A stretch of DNA of 64,000 bases from Candidatus Bathyarchaeota archaeon (GCA_963780185.1 CAWABA010000011.1:128001-192000), one strand, 5' to 3'; positions 41,925-52,827 are shown, counted from the stretch's first letter. The notes: generated from the letters alone by a model not told the origin. A program made the numbers and translations.

Positions 41925-43961
41925 CTATGTTTTCTTTAGGCATCCTTCCCTTGGCTCGTAGATTGTTCCTTCACGGAGCAGCTGGCTTATCATCCGTTCA
42001 ACTTCGCCCCTTGGAATCTTGTTTTTCGTTTCCAACTCGTTGACAAGAGCCTCTTTCTCAACTATGCCAGTCGCCTTCTCCATGGTCATCAGCGTCGACA
42101 GCACAATGGAGAGCCTGTCGCGGATGCTTTTGGGTCTGCCAGTCATTATCAAGTCAATATCCATCTTGTATGAGGATAGGTCGATTCCGACTTCTTCCAG
42201 AGACTTCTTCATTATGGTAATTGCCGCGCCAGCATCTTCCGCTGTTACTTCCTTACGCAACGCCACCCGAGCTCGCGCTTCCGAGAGCCTAACCAGCGAC
42301 TCAAGCTGCCTTGCAGTTATAGCTACAGGTGAGCCTTCTGTTTCGCTTGCTGAACGCATGGCTAAATAAAAGTCGCTAAGCTGCTTTAACGCCTCTTCGG
42401 AAAGGACGGGTTTAATCCCTTTCGCGTAGCTGACGTATTTCCGCAGCAACTCCGCGTCAACCTGCGCCTCAACAGGGCTCACTCCCCTGCGGTGAATCTC
42501 CAAAATATGCTTCGACATTCTGCCGTCGGATTCTTTGTTTGGGACGTCTCGAAGCACGAAAATTAAGTCGAAACGGGAAAGGATGGTTACTGGCAAAGGA
42601 ACGTTCTCAGCTACGGTGCGGTTAGGTTCATACCTGCCCAGCGACGGGTTAGCCGCCGCCAACACCGCAGTCCGAGCGTTCAATGTGGCGACGATGCCTC
42701 CTTTTGCGACTGAAACCGTATGCTGCTCCATAGCTTCGTGTATAGCGACACGGTCTTCTGGACGCATTTTGTCCATTTCGTCGATGCAGGCTATCCCTTT
42801 GTCGGCTAGCACCAAAGCGCCAGCTTCAAGACTCATGCTTCCTCCTTTCTCCCTTACCACGGCGGCGGTTAAGCCTGCGGCGGTTGTTCCTCTGCCTGAA
42901 GTGTACAGGCCACGGGGAGCTATTCTTGCCACGTACTGGAGAAGCTGCGATTTGGCGGTTCCAGGGTCACCGATCAGTAGGATGTTGGGTTCTCCCCTGA
43001 TGCTTACGTCGGGTAGGGTTTTTGAGACTCCGCCGAATAGCAGGTACATTATTGCTTCTTTGATGTGTTCGTAGCCAAAGATCGACGGCGCTATGGAGTC
43101 CCTGATTTTGCGGTGCACCCACGGGTCCTTGGATAAGGCGAGGATTTTTTCTTCTTCTTCAGGGGTGGGCGGAGAAGTCTCAGGTTCTTTGCCGAGCAAT
43201 TCCACGGAGTTAGCGTCAAGTTGAAGGATAAAAGTTCGAAGTTTCCCCATGCCCATGAGCGAAGGCGCAAAAGCATGCACGATGCCGACTATGGAAACGT
43301 GGTCTCCTGGTCGGGCAACGTCAACGATGTCGTCGCCTACAGTTTTGACCGCTAACGTGCGCGGCAACTGCCCAGGCGGCAGGTCTTCAGGTTTTTCCTG
43401 CAGCCGCAGGTCTTGTGAGTCTATGAATGTGGATTCTTCTTGGACGAATTCGAAGGGTCCGTCTCTTCCGCAGTCAGGCGCAACGCATGCGGTTGGTGCT
43501 TTAAGAAACTGTCCGGTTTGCTCAACCATGTTCATTGTTCCGCAGCGTTTGCATTTGAATGCTCCTTGCAGAACCATGGGTCTAACAGGCGTGGCTCTAA
43601 CTACGATGCCTTCGACCATCACGAGTTTGGTCATCTGTTTTGACCCGAGTTTTCTGAGCTGTTCCTTGCCGAGAAGCTGCACGATTCTTATGATGATTTT
43701 CTCCATTTTTTCAGCGTACTCAGCGTCTTCAATGCGAAGCTGCTCATACGCGCCTTTTCCAGCATGCTGCAGATACTCTTCAGGTCTGTTAAGCACCTGC
43801 TCCGCAAGCGCCTGGTCGAAGCCGTAGAGCTCTTCAAAATCAATTATGATCGAGTTTTTTCCAGTGATGGCTAGCTGTGCGATTCTTTGACGGTACTTTT
43901 CCCTCTTGAAAAACTCCTGGAAACGCTGCTGCGGATCAACAGTCAACTGCTCGTTAGCCAT
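41925..43961 (-). CDS. mcm: Replicative helicase MCM
   Basis: GDPGTAKS, IDEMDKM, SRFD; no intein. Confidence 0.98.
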   Translation of the reverse strand: MANEQLTVDPQQRFQEFFKREKYRQRIAQLAITGKNSIIIDFEELYGFDQALAEQVLNRPEEYLQHAGKGAYEQLRIEDAEYAEKMEKIIIRIVQLLGKEQLRKLGSKQMTKLVMVEGIVVRATPVRPMVLQGAFKCKRCGTMNMVEQTGQFLKAPTACVAPDCGRDGPFEFVQEESTFIDSQDLRLQEKPEDLPPGQLPRTLAVKTVGDDIVDVARPGDHVSIVGIVHAFAPSLMGMGKLRTFILQLDANSVELLGKEPETSPPTPEEEEKILALSKDPWVHRKIRDSIAPSIFGYEHIKEAIMYLLFGGVSKTLPDVSIRGEPNILLIGDPGTAKSQLLQYVARIAPRGLYTSGRGTTAAGLTAAVVREKGGSMSLEAGALVLADKGIACIDEMDKMRPEDRVAIHEAMEQHTVSVAKGGIVATLNARTAVLAAANPSLGRYEPNRTVAENVPLPVTILSRFDLIFVLRDVPNKESDGRMSKHILEIHRRGVSPVEAQVDAELLRKYVSYAKGIKPVLSEEALKQLSDFYLAMRSASETEGSPVAITARQLESLVRLSEARARVALRKEVTAEDAGAAITIMKKSLEEVGIDLSSYKMDIDLIMTGRPKSIRDRLSIVLSTLMTMEKATGIVEKEALVNELETKNKIPRGEVERMISQLLREGTIYEPREGCLKKT

Positions 43962-43963
43962 CT

Positions 43964-44515
43964 CTACTTTTCACCTTCAACATCCAGAATCTTGGCTTTC
44001 CACTCAGAAATAATTTTGACAAGCTGTTCGTAGAGGATTTTTTCTTCATTTGACAACTTTTTAATTACCTGTTCTCCTTGCCCAGGTGCGCCAGACAGAG
44101 CTACGATCTTTTTCAGCCGGGAATTCACCACATCTTTTGCCAGATGCTGCGCTTTTTGGTACTCACTTATTTTTTCGGGTTGTGTAGCTTCCTGCTTCAA
44201 AATGACGAGGTATCGTCTGAGTTTGGGGTAGAAATCGTCTGGCAAGTCGCTGATTTGCCCTGGAATCTGCACGCCTTCTCTCCACTGCACTTTAAAGAGT
44301 TTAGTTGTATCCAGTAGGTCGTCTTCGCGGAAATGAACCATTCCTGCGGCAGCTATCTCTTTGGCGACCCAAAAGTAAACTTCATACTCGTTTCCTTCAT
44401 CAAAGGGGCCAACAGTTAAGCCGGCAAGCTTCATTTCAGGGCAGTTTCTATTTGCAACTATTCTGACCAGTGAGTTCTCGTAGCAGAAATCCAACGTGTA
44501 AATTTTAGCAGCCAA
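43964..44515 (-). CDS. gins23: GINS complex subunit Gins23
   Basis: Directly upstream of mcm; LPDDFY...RLKKI. Confidence 0.8.
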   Translation of the reverse strand: MAAKIYTLDFCYENSLVRIVANRNCPEMKLAGLTVGPFDEGNEYEVYFWVAKEIAAAGMVHFREDDLLDTTKLFKVQWREGVQIPGQISDLPDDFYPKLRRYLVILKQEATQPEKISEYQKAQHLAKDVVNSRLKKIVALSGAPGQGEQVIKKLSNEEKILYEQLVKIISEWKAKILDVEGEK

Positions 44516-44648
44516 GCCCTTCGTCCTCCCTCAATCCCGATTGTTTATTCCCTTGTGGGATTCAAGAGATATGCAGCTAGCTGTTTTAAAGATTTTCATT
44601 ACACGAATAATGCTAAAAGGGATGGTTGTGTTGCATTGTTTAGGCAGT

Positions 44649-45899
44649 TTATGGCCATAGTCCCAATGTCTTTATTGCATTGGCGACTCTGCCGACTCCA
44701 AGCATGAGTGCTCCCGTGCGCATGTCGCTCTCTTCCCTCTCAGCTAGGGCGACGACGTCGTTGAAGGCTTTGGTCATTTTTTCTTCAAGCTTGCTGTTGA
44801 CGGTTTCCAGTGTCCATTGTTCGCGGGTCAGGTTTTGAACCCATTCAAAGTAGCTGACGGTTACGCCGCCGCTGTTAGCAAGTATGTCGGGTATAAGACA
44901 AATCCCTTTTTCGTAAAGCACCTTGTCCGCGTCGGGCGTTGTCGGTCCGTTTGCGGCTTCAGCAACCATCTTTGCCTTTATTTTGTCTGCGTTTTTGCAG
45001 GTAATCTGGTTTTCAAGCGCCGCGGGGATAAGCACGTCGCATGGCAACTCGAGGAGTTCAGCGTTGGTGATGTTTTTGGAGTCTTTGTAGTTCTGCACGG
45101 ATCCCGTTTTTTCTTTATGTGCCAAGACGTCTGGGATGTTTAAGCCGTCGGATGCGTAGATGCCTCCTGTGGAGTCGCTGACAGCTACTACTTTGGCGCC
45201 TATTTCTTGCGCTGCCGCCGCCGCGTGGTAGCCGACGTTGCCGAATCCTTGAATGGCTATCGAGGCGTTTTTGAGTTTGAGGCCGTTGTTTTCTGCGGCT
45301 TGTCGTACGCAGTGTATGACGCCTCTTCCTGTGGCTTCGGTTCTTCCCCATGAGCCGCCGATTTCGACGGGTTTGCCTGTTGCGCTTTCAGGTATGCTGT
45401 AGCCTTTGAGTTGGCTGTAGGTGTCCATTACCCACGCCATGGTTTGAGCGTCGGTGTACATGTCTGGGGCGGGGATGTCGCGGTGTGGACCCAGATACTC
45501 AACGATTAAGCTTACGTACCTTCGGGTTAGGCGTTCAAGCTCATGCATACTCATTTTTTTTGTGTCTGCAACCACGCCGCCTTTGGCTCCTCCGAACGGA
45601 ATGTTTGCTATGGCGCATTTCCAAGTCATCAGCATCGCCAACGCGGTAACATCGTCAAGTGTAACGGTGGGGCTGTAGCGGATTCCTCCCTTGAACGGTC
45701 CCCGTGCATCCCAATGCTGAACTCTAACGCCGCTGTAGACGCCGACGACGCCGTTGTCCATGCGGATGTCGATGCTGACGCTGATGGAGCGTTTCGGCAG
45801 GCTAAGCATGCGGCATATGCCCGGGTCCAACTCAAGTTTTCTAGTTGCGAGTTTAAGTTGAGATAATGCTACGTTTAACGTTGCGTGTTCTTCCGACAT
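44649..45899 (-). CDS. gdhA: Glu/Leu/Phe/Val dehydrogenase (glutamate dehydrogenase)
   Basis: GPFKGGIR, GGAKGG, DIPAPD, QGFGNVG, NSGGVTVSYFEW. Confidence 0.95.
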   Translation of the reverse strand: MSEEHATLNVALSQLKLATRKLELDPGICRMLSLPKRSISVSIDIRMDNGVVGVYSGVRVQHWDARGPFKGGIRYSPTVTLDDVTALAMLMTWKCAIANIPFGGAKGGVVADTKKMSMHELERLTRRYVSLIVEYLGPHRDIPAPDMYTDAQTMAWVMDTYSQLKGYSIPESATGKPVEIGGSWGRTEATGRGVIHCVRQAAENNGLKLKNASIAIQGFGNVGYHAAAAAQEIGAKVVAVSDSTGGIYASDGLNIPDVLAHKEKTGSVQNYKDSKNITNAELLELPCDVLIPAALENQITCKNADKIKAKMVAEAANGPTTPDADKVLYEKGICLIPDILANSGGVTVSYFEWVQNLTREQWTLETVNSKLEEKMTKAFNDVVALAEREESDMRTGALMLGVGRVANAIKTLGLWP

Positions 45900-46032
45900 A
45901 AAATTCGCCTTCTACAAGAATTGATAATTAGGAATGGCTAGATAAAATTTGCCTTGCAGGTTTTTGTGTGTTTGGTTGATGCTTTTGTATACGGGTTGCT
46001 TATTGTCCATGCTGTAGGTGTTTTCGAGGCGC

Positions 46033-46188
46033 TTTTTGTGGTGGTTTTTGTTCACAAATAGTAGACCCCCTCCCTCGGTCGCTAATTCATTTTTACCTTG
46101 GTTTCTTGATGTAAAAATGGGGTACCCCTCTCAGATGCTCCGTCTCTCTCACAACCTACCCCCTCGGTCTACTAGATGAACCAAATAG
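46033..46188 (-). repeat. Dispersed ~160-bp intergenic repeat, copy 2
   Basis: Reverse complement matches 11731-11890. Confidence 0.9.
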
Positions 46189-46356
46189 AAGCATCTAGAG
46201 GAGCCAAATAGGCAAACACCCAGCCTTAACGCTTTGATTTTTGTTGGCGGGGAAAACGTTTTCTTTCCGTTTAATGCGTTTTAGCAGAAACCTTTTTCAC
46301 TTTGACTTTTAAATCAAAAAGGAAAAAAGAAAAAATTGTTGAGCTTTGGGCTCGGT

Positions 46357-47799
46357 TTATTCTGTGTGGACTCTGAAGAGGTCGATGTCTTCGCGCATGG
46401 CTGGCGTTAGTTCAAGGAAGTCTCTGACTGCCCGCTCAACGTCTTTTGACTGCGTAACGTATCTTCCCACGATGAGGATGTCTGCACCCTGCTCCAAGGC
46501 TTCTTTAGCTGTCTCTGGGACGATTCCGCCTGCGACTGCTATGAGGAATTTCTTGTCTGGGAACATTTTGCGGATTATCTGTATGCGTTCAAGCCCGCAG
46601 GTTCTTCCGCTTTCTTGGTCGATTCCTCGGTGCAGGATGATGATGTCTGGGAACTCTTTGATTGACTTCACTTTTGCAATCACGTCATCAACGTTCATCA
46701 TGTCTATGACGGCGTATATCCCGAGGCGCCTTGCTTCATGTACGAATGCGTCGAGTGTTTCGCCTGGAGCAAGTCCTGAGGCAACGACGGCGTCTGCTGT
46801 GTCTTCGTAGGCTATGTCAACTTCCACTTTTCCTACGTCAAGGGTCTTGAGGTCTGCAATCATGAACGAGTCCTTGGCGACCGTTCTCATTTCGCTGATT
46901 ACTTTTGTTCCGTACCGTTTGATGAGTGGGGTTCCTGCCTCAATGATGATTCTGTCGCTTCCCGGAAGCTGAGCCAAGACCTTCTTGGTTTTCTCAATCT
47001 CTGGCGCATCCATGGCAATCTGCAGGTATGGTGGTCTCCAAAGCCTTGGCACTTTGAATCCCATGATTGGGTGTTTTGAACGGTCCTTTTCGTAGATGAT
47101 TTTTTCGTATGACGGATAATTCTTCAGTGCTCGTTGAAGAGCCATTTTTGTTGCGCCGTAATTGTACTGGTAAATTCTTCTGTAGTCGGTTGCTTGCGGA
47201 TGGATGAAAACGCTGCAGATTATGACCCAGTCGTCAAGGTGCTCACGGGGGATGATGCCTTCTTCCGCGGAATCCGCGATGGCTTTGGCAACCGCCGCTT
47301 GCGCGGGACCAAAAATTTTTCCGGTGTCCGCCATGTTCTTGACGGTTACTTTGGGCACGATTAATGTGTGGGGTTTAGGCGGCAAATTGGGTCTGATGAC
47401 TGCTAGGAGCGGTGTGTGACCCGCTGATAGGTTTGTCATGCCGTTGGCGAATGCGTGACCTACTGGGCCGTCTTTGTCGCCGATCATGAGGTCAATGTGG
47501 GCTACTTCGTTTCCTTCTCCGACTAATGATTCGCCGATTAAGTAGACGCTATTAGACGTTTCGTCTGGGGCATCTGCAACGGCTGTCGGTATGCGGTCGG
47601 TGATTTCTTTGAAATCGACATTAAACTCCTTCAACCAGCTATAAAGTGTGTCTCTGTGAATCTCCATTTCCTTTGCCGTTCCGACTACTGTCGGTTTTGT
47701 CGGCTTATTCTTTGTTCCAACCTCTTTTTTAGCTGCTTCAGTCAACACTTTTACAAGTTCTTCCCGAGTTTCTGGCTTTTTAACATCTGCTCCCGACAT
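46357..47799 (-). CDS. fae-hps: Bifunctional formaldehyde-activating enzyme / hexulose-6-phosphate synthase with N-terminal HTH
   Basis: GESLVGEGNEVAHIDL (Fae), PYLQIA...EAGTPLIK..G, DLKTLD (Hps). Confidence 0.93.
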   Translation of the reverse strand: MSGADVKKPETREELVKVLTEAAKKEVGTKNKPTKPTVVGTAKEMEIHRDTLYSWLKEFNVDFKEITDRIPTAVADAPDETSNSVYLIGESLVGEGNEVAHIDLMIGDKDGPVGHAFANGMTNLSAGHTPLLAVIRPNLPPKPHTLIVPKVTVKNMADTGKIFGPAQAAVAKAIADSAEEGIIPREHLDDWVIICSVFIHPQATDYRRIYQYNYGATKMALQRALKNYPSYEKIIYEKDRSKHPIMGFKVPRLWRPPYLQIAMDAPEIEKTKKVLAQLPGSDRIIIEAGTPLIKRYGTKVISEMRTVAKDSFMIADLKTLDVGKVEVDIAYEDTADAVVASGLAPGETLDAFVHEARRLGIYAVIDMMNVDDVIAKVKSIKEFPDIIILHRGIDQESGRTCGLERIQIIRKMFPDKKFLIAVAGGIVPETAKEALEQGADILIVGRYVTQSKDVERAVRDFLELTPAMREDIDLFRVHTE

Positions 47800-48016
47800 T
47801 TAGTTTACCCTCAGGGCTCTCCATTGTATTACCTTATATATAAAAATGTCGGAGACTTCGAAAAAATTTAGGGGTTGTCGGGGTTATTTTAGCGGTTTCT
47901 TGTCGCCTAAGCTTTTTCCTTTCAGGGGCAGCGGCATTTCCCGTATGACCGCGAAGTTTCAGCGTTAAATCTATATACCTTGACGTTTTATCTGTTGCAT
48001 TCGACGAGGCAACCTG

Positions 48017-48220
48017 ATGTCATGGACTGATTATGCGTGTTTAGGCGTATTCATCCTTGGGTTTCTGCTATTCGTAATCGGCGCTAACATCTACAACGCA
48101 ATCGTCGGTTACGCAGGGCTCTACCTTTCCATCGGCGCAATCATGGCTTACCTCATCATATACATATACAAAGAATTCACTAAGCCGCCCGCTCCGCCAA
48201 CTCCAGCTCCAACCGCTTAA
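48017..48220 (+). CDS. Small 2-TM membrane protein
   Basis: Two hydrophobic helices, Pro-rich tail. Confidence 0.7.
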   Translation: MSWTDYACLGVFILGFLLFVIGANIYNAIVGYAGLYLSIGAIMAYLIIYIYKEFTKPPAPPTPAPTA

Positions 48221-49743
48221 AAACCGTAAATTGCACCGTATTTTTCGTTCAAGTAAGTCATGAAAGCCTCAGAATTCAGATTTTTACCCGTTGCCTTCTT
48301 GATTAGTTCCTCGGGCTCGTAGAGGTTGCTTTGGCTGTGAATGTGTTTTTTCAGCCATTCGTTAGGTTGGTATAGTTTTCCCGTTGCAAGTTGACTTCGC
48401 CAATCTGGCAAGTCTTTGGTGATTGCAGCAATTATTTGCCCGCTGTAGATGTTGCCAAGGGCGTAGCTTGGGAAATACCCGTATAGTCCGCTTGCCCAAT
48501 GTGTATCCTGCATTACTCCTTCAGAGTCATCCCGAATTTTCACGCCCAGATAGTCAGCATACTTCTGGTTCCAAACCTCCGGCAACTCGTTGACCTTGAT
48601 TTTTCCTGCAAAAAGATCTCTTTCAATTTCGAAGCGCACAATGATATGCAGGTTGTATGTAACCTCGTCGGCTTCAATGCGTATTTTCGACAGCTCCACC
48701 TTGTTGATTGCTTTCACAAACTTGTCTAATTCAAGGTTTGCAAGGCTTGGCGCTGCTTTTTTGAGCTTAGGCATAAGGCCTGTCCAGAATTCTTTGGAGC
48801 GACCAATTACGTTTTCGTAGAAGCGCGATTGCGACTCATGTATCCCGAAAGAGCAAGCGGATCCAATTGGCTGATACTTCCATTTCGGGTTAAGGTTCTG
48901 CTCGTACCGTGCATGCCCGCTTTCATGGAGAACCGAGAAGACTGAACTTGAAAAATTGTTCAGGTGATAATGCGTGGTTATGCGGACGTCATCGTAGTAT
49001 CCTTCAGTGAACGGATGCTCTGTCTCATCAATTCTTCCGCGAGCCTCAGGCGAACAAGTATCGTAGCCTAAAGTTTGAGTCAGAAGCTGCGCAATTTGGC
49101 GTTGGCTCTCAACTGGAACAGGCTGACAAAGCATCGCCGTGTCAGGTTTACTCTGGCTAGATTGAATCTTGCCTATCAGCTGCTTTAAGCCGACCTGAAG
49201 CTGGTTAAAAGTCGACGTAATCGTTTTTGCTGTCATTTTAGATTCAAAATTGTCAATTAGGGCTTCGTAAGGCGTTTTGGTTTCCTTCACTTTCATAAGG
49301 ATTTCTGCCGCTTCCATTTCCAAGTCCAAAAGCTTCTGCAAACTAGGTTTAAAGACGCCAAAATCCTTTTGAGCCTTGGCTTTCTTCCAAACGTTCACCG
49401 TTATTGCTTCTTGCTTGGAAATTTCAGCCACCAATTTCTCTGGCAGGCTTGTCTGTTCCAGATAGCTTTTGTTGATAAGGTAAACGTTGCGTTTTTCAGC
49501 TTGCCCCATCGACTCATACTGGGGGCTTGCCTGTATGGAAGCCAACAGTTTCCCGATTTTTGGGTCGGTGCTCATCTGATGATGAATTCGGGTTAAAAGG
49601 GACAGTTGCATGCTTCTTTGCTCTACCGCGCCAGGCGGCATCATGGTTTCCATGTCCCAGTGAATTACTCCTTCAGCTGTACCGAGGACTGTTATATCTT
49701 CAATTTTTGATAATAATTCTTTGTAAACGTCAGAGATTTCCAT
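48217..49743 (-). CDS. Carboxypeptidase Taq (M32)
   Basis: HPF, DVRITT, HESGH, HESQS, IRIEADE, QDTHW, GYFPSY. Confidence 0.96.
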   Translation of the reverse strand: MEISDVYKELLSKIEDITVLGTAEGVIHWDMETMMPPGAVEQRSMQLSLLTRIHHQMSTDPKIGKLLASIQASPQYESMGQAEKRNVYLINKSYLEQTSLPEKLVAEISKQEAITVNVWKKAKAQKDFGVFKPSLQKLLDLEMEAAEILMKVKETKTPYEALIDNFESKMTAKTITSTFNQLQVGLKQLIGKIQSSQSKPDTAMLCQPVPVESQRQIAQLLTQTLGYDTCSPEARGRIDETEHPFTEGYYDDVRITTHYHLNNFSSSVFSVLHESGHARYEQNLNPKWKYQPIGSACSFGIHESQSRFYENVIGRSKEFWTGLMPKLKKAAPSLANLELDKFVKAINKVELSKIRIEADEVTYNLHIIVRFEIERDLFAGKIKVNELPEVWNQKYADYLGVKIRDDSEGVMQDTHWASGLYGYFPSYALGNIYSGQIIAAITKDLPDWRSQLATGKLYQPNEWLKKHIHSQSNLYEPEELIKKATGKNLNSEAFMTYLNEKYGAIYGF

Positions 49744-49867
49744 TTTTGTTCCTCGCTGATTTAATGTGAAATTCGGCGGTATTTATTTTTCCCTTAGACA
49801 GGCTAACGCTTATCTGGTTGAAATGGCTTAGAGATGTTCTTAGTTGATTTATCGAAGGAAAAATCAA

Positions 49868-50547
49868 ATGAGTAATGTAGGTAATGTTGAATCAAGTAAG
49901 ACATTAGCTGGCCTTGGCTCCATACTTTTGATACTCACACCTATTCCCTGGGCAGGCGCTGTTTTAGGCATAATTGGCGCAATTCTGTTGCTAATAGGTA
50001 TTAAGGGACTCGCAAGCTACTATCAAGACAACGAAATCTACCAAAACGCATTGCCTGGGCATCATATTCTTAATAATCGCCGTCATCGCGATAGATGTAT
50101 CCATTCACCGTATTGGCAATCGGCTTTGCAACCATAATTGGCTTCGGACTAGGCATTTTGGCGTTCATAGCGGGTTTGGTCATTGCTTTCGTTTTCTATC
50201 TAGTTGCAGGCATGCGTTTAAGAAAAACTTTCGATGCACTTGCGCAGAAATCGGGAGAACAATCCTTTGCAACCGCTGGTACTTTATTTTGGTGGGGCGC
50301 CATACTGACAATAATTCTTGTTGGCTTTATACTGATTTTCCTTGCTTGGATATTTGCCACCATAGGTTTCTTCTCCATGAAATCCCAACCGCAGCAACCC
50401 TACGCCCAACAACCTTATAGTTCCCCTCCTCCGTCTTCCATGCCTCCAGTAGCACAACCGACACAAACGGCACGTTACTGCCCAAACTGCGGCGCGCCCG
50501 TAGCAGCGGATGCAACATTTTGCCCTCATTGTGGGAAACAATTGTAG
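49868..50547 (+). CDS. DUF996-like membrane protein with C-terminal zinc ribbon (frameshift ~50060-50100)
   Basis: KTLAGLGSIL...YYQDNEIY; SGEQSFATAG...GAILTIILVG; CPNCG...CPHCG. Confidence 0.8.
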
Positions 50548-50665
50548 CCAGCTAAAACCCATTTTTTGTTTTTATTTTTTTTAACAAGGTCTTACAATGC
50601 AAACCGCGAGAAGTTTGCTCGCTGGCTAAATAAAGAGAAAAAGGATTGACCCAAAAACGGGTTTT

Positions 50666-52135
50666 TTACTTTGGATTTTTGTTTTCGGTGTTGTTTTTGG
50701 CGAACGTGTAGTTTTTGATTACCAAACTTAGCACGATTATGACTGCCATCAAAGCGATTCCTATGGCGAAGATGGTGTTGAAGGCTGTTGCGTTCCCTGC
50801 TTTGCCGACTACGACTTGGTGACCCTGAATAGTAGCGATTATTGGACCTGTGTAGGTGGATATTATGGTTGTTGCAAGGACGGGTCCGATTGCGCCTCCG
50901 AGGTTTCTGAGCATAGTGTTCATTCCTAAGCCAACGGCGGTGTTTTCTTTAGGCACCGAAACCGAAATCATGTTTACTATGGGGATGATGAGGGAGACGA
51001 GTCCGATGAGGCTGACTGCCACGTCCACGGTGAGCTCCATTGTGGTTCCCCTGAAGAAGATGAACAGCAGCAGACCGACGATGCTGACCGATGCTCCCAA
51101 TGCAAGGATGGGTTTGGGTCCGATTCTAGTCACGAACCTGCCTATTAATGGTCCAACAATAAGCATCACAAGCGTTGCAGGCGCAAGCGTCAAACCCGTC
51201 GTAATTATGCCTAGCCCTAACCCGTAAGGCTTCGGGTACTGAGCGTAGTAGATGACGGCGAAGAACAAAAGAAACATCCCGAGGCTGGACAGTATGCCGA
51301 CTAAATTTGCGACAAGAACATTCCTGATTTCTAGCAGTTTTAGCTGTATTAGTGGGCTTGTTTGTTTGTTTTCAAATACGAAGAAGCCGATGGTTAAGGC
51401 TAAGCCTGGTATGAGGAACGCTATGTTTTCAAGCGATAGCCAGCCGAGGCTGGGCGCTTCAGTCAGGTAAAGCAGAACTAGAACTATTCCGGCCATAAGC
51501 ATTGTTGCGCCTGTGATGTCCACTTTGCTTTTCTCGCCAGGTACATCTTTTTTGAGCATTACGGCGACTATAAAGAACAGGACGATGCTCAGAATGAAAG
51601 CTGTGTGGAAAGCCCATTCCCAACTAAGGTCCTGCACGATGTAGGCGCCTATGATTAATCCTGCTGCGGCTCCAATCGCGAAGGTTCCGCTGATTATGCC
51701 CTGAGCAGTAGCTACTCGCTCTTTCGGGAAAATGTCAGTGATGATCGCTAACCCCAATGGGACTATGGCGAAGCCGACGCCTTGGATGGCTCTTGAAGCT
51801 ATCAGCATGTAGATGCTTGTGGAAAATCCAGCTAAGCCTACTCCTGCAATGTAGAACAGCAGGACGGTGAGGAAAATCTTTTTCTTGCCGTAGATGTCGC
51901 CGAGTTTTCCGAAAAGCGGCGAAACTGCGGCTCCGACGATTAGGAATGCGGAGGTTATCCATGAGGCGATTGTCGCTGAGGCTGAGAAATGGGTTTGGAT
52001 GGTTGGGATGCCTGGGATAACCATGGTTTCGACGTAGTTGATTAGAAGTGCAACTGAGGTTACGGTTAGAAGGACTTTCGTGGGGTAACTGAAGCGGCTT
52101 TTTGCTGAAGTTGGATTTGTGAGGTTTGAATCCAT
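50666..52135 (-). CDS. MFS transporter (14-TM DHA2-like)
   Basis: GKLGDIYGKK motif A, RAIQGVG. Confidence 0.93.
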   Translation of the reverse strand: MDSNLTNPTSAKSRFSYPTKVLLTVTSVALLINYVETMVIPGIPTIQTHFSASATIASWITSAFLIVGAAVSPLFGKLGDIYGKKKIFLTVLLFYIAGVGLAGFSTSIYMLIASRAIQGVGFAIVPLGLAIITDIFPKERVATAQGIISGTFAIGAAAGLIIGAYIVQDLSWEWAFHTAFILSIVLFFIVAVMLKKDVPGEKSKVDITGATMLMAGIVLVLLYLTEAPSLGWLSLENIAFLIPGLALTIGFFVFENKQTSPLIQLKLLEIRNVLVANLVGILSSLGMFLLFFAVIYYAQYPKPYGLGLGIITTGLTLAPATLVMLIVGPLIGRFVTRIGPKPILALGASVSIVGLLLFIFFRGTTMELTVDVAVSLIGLVSLIIPIVNMISVSVPKENTAVGLGMNTMLRNLGGAIGPVLATTIISTYTGPIIATIQGHQVVVGKAGNATAFNTIFAIGIALMAVIIVLSLVIKNYTFAKNNTENKNPK

Positions 52136-52236
52136 TTGAAGCACCTTTTTTTAGAAATAGCGACTACCAGTCAATTAATATACTTATCGTCGGCAATCTT
52201 TTAAAGTCCAACGCAAATATCACTACGTCGGTCAAT

Positions 52237-52827
52237 ATGCCTAAAGTAGTGCCCGAATACAGAGAAGAAGCAAAAGCCAAAATCGTGAAAGCCGCGCGCG
52301 CAGTGTTCGCCAAAAAAGGCTACCACGACGCAACCATGGATGACGTTGCCAAAGAAGTCGGCGTAAGCAAAGGCGCCTTGTACTCCTATTTTGAAAGCAA
52401 AGAAGACCTCCTTAAAGAAATCAGCCTTGAAGGCCACCAAGCGCTAAGAGACATACTGTCCCAAACCTGCAAGTTTAACAATTTGGAAGCCGCGCTGGAA
52501 GAAGTCTATACCCGGATAACCGACCAGTTCAAAGGCAACTTTCACACGCACTTTGAAGTAGTCGCCCTATCTTCTCATGATCCGAAAATCAGGCAAATCA
52601 TCTTTGAAGATTACCAAAAAGACATAGAATCCGTCGAAGCTTTCGTGGAAGAAAAAAAGAAGCAGGGCGTCATCAGAACCGACGTAGATGCAAGCGTCTT
52701 AGCTGAGCTTTTCACGGCGTTATACCTGGGAACGCTCGCGAAACTGGTCATAGGCCTGCCAAACAAGCAAGTACACGACGGCTGGGTCAAATCCATGATT
52801 CTGATTCTTGGAAAAACAAAAACCTAA
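52237..52827 (+). CDS. TetR/AcrR regulator
   Basis: GYHDATMDDVAKEVGVSKGALYSYFESKEDL; divergent from the MFS gene. Confidence 0.95.
   Translation: MPKVVPEYREEAKAKIVKAARAVFAKKGYHDATMDDVAKEVGVSKGALYSYFESKEDLLKEISLEGHQALRDILSQTCKFNNLEAALEEVYTRITDQFKGNFHTHFEVVALSSHDPKIRQIIFEDYQKDIESVEAFVEEKKKQGVIRTDVDASVLAELFTALYLGTLAKLVIGLPNKQVHDGWVKSMILILGKTKT

Noticed and set aside
42019-43827. Long antisense ORFs over mcm (and similar ones over pcn, fae-hps and the ABC genes)
   Set aside because: Shadow ORFs opposite well-supported genes, with no recognisable motifs.
41925-43961. Intein in MCM
   Set aside because: 678 aa is the normal length and the motifs are contiguous.
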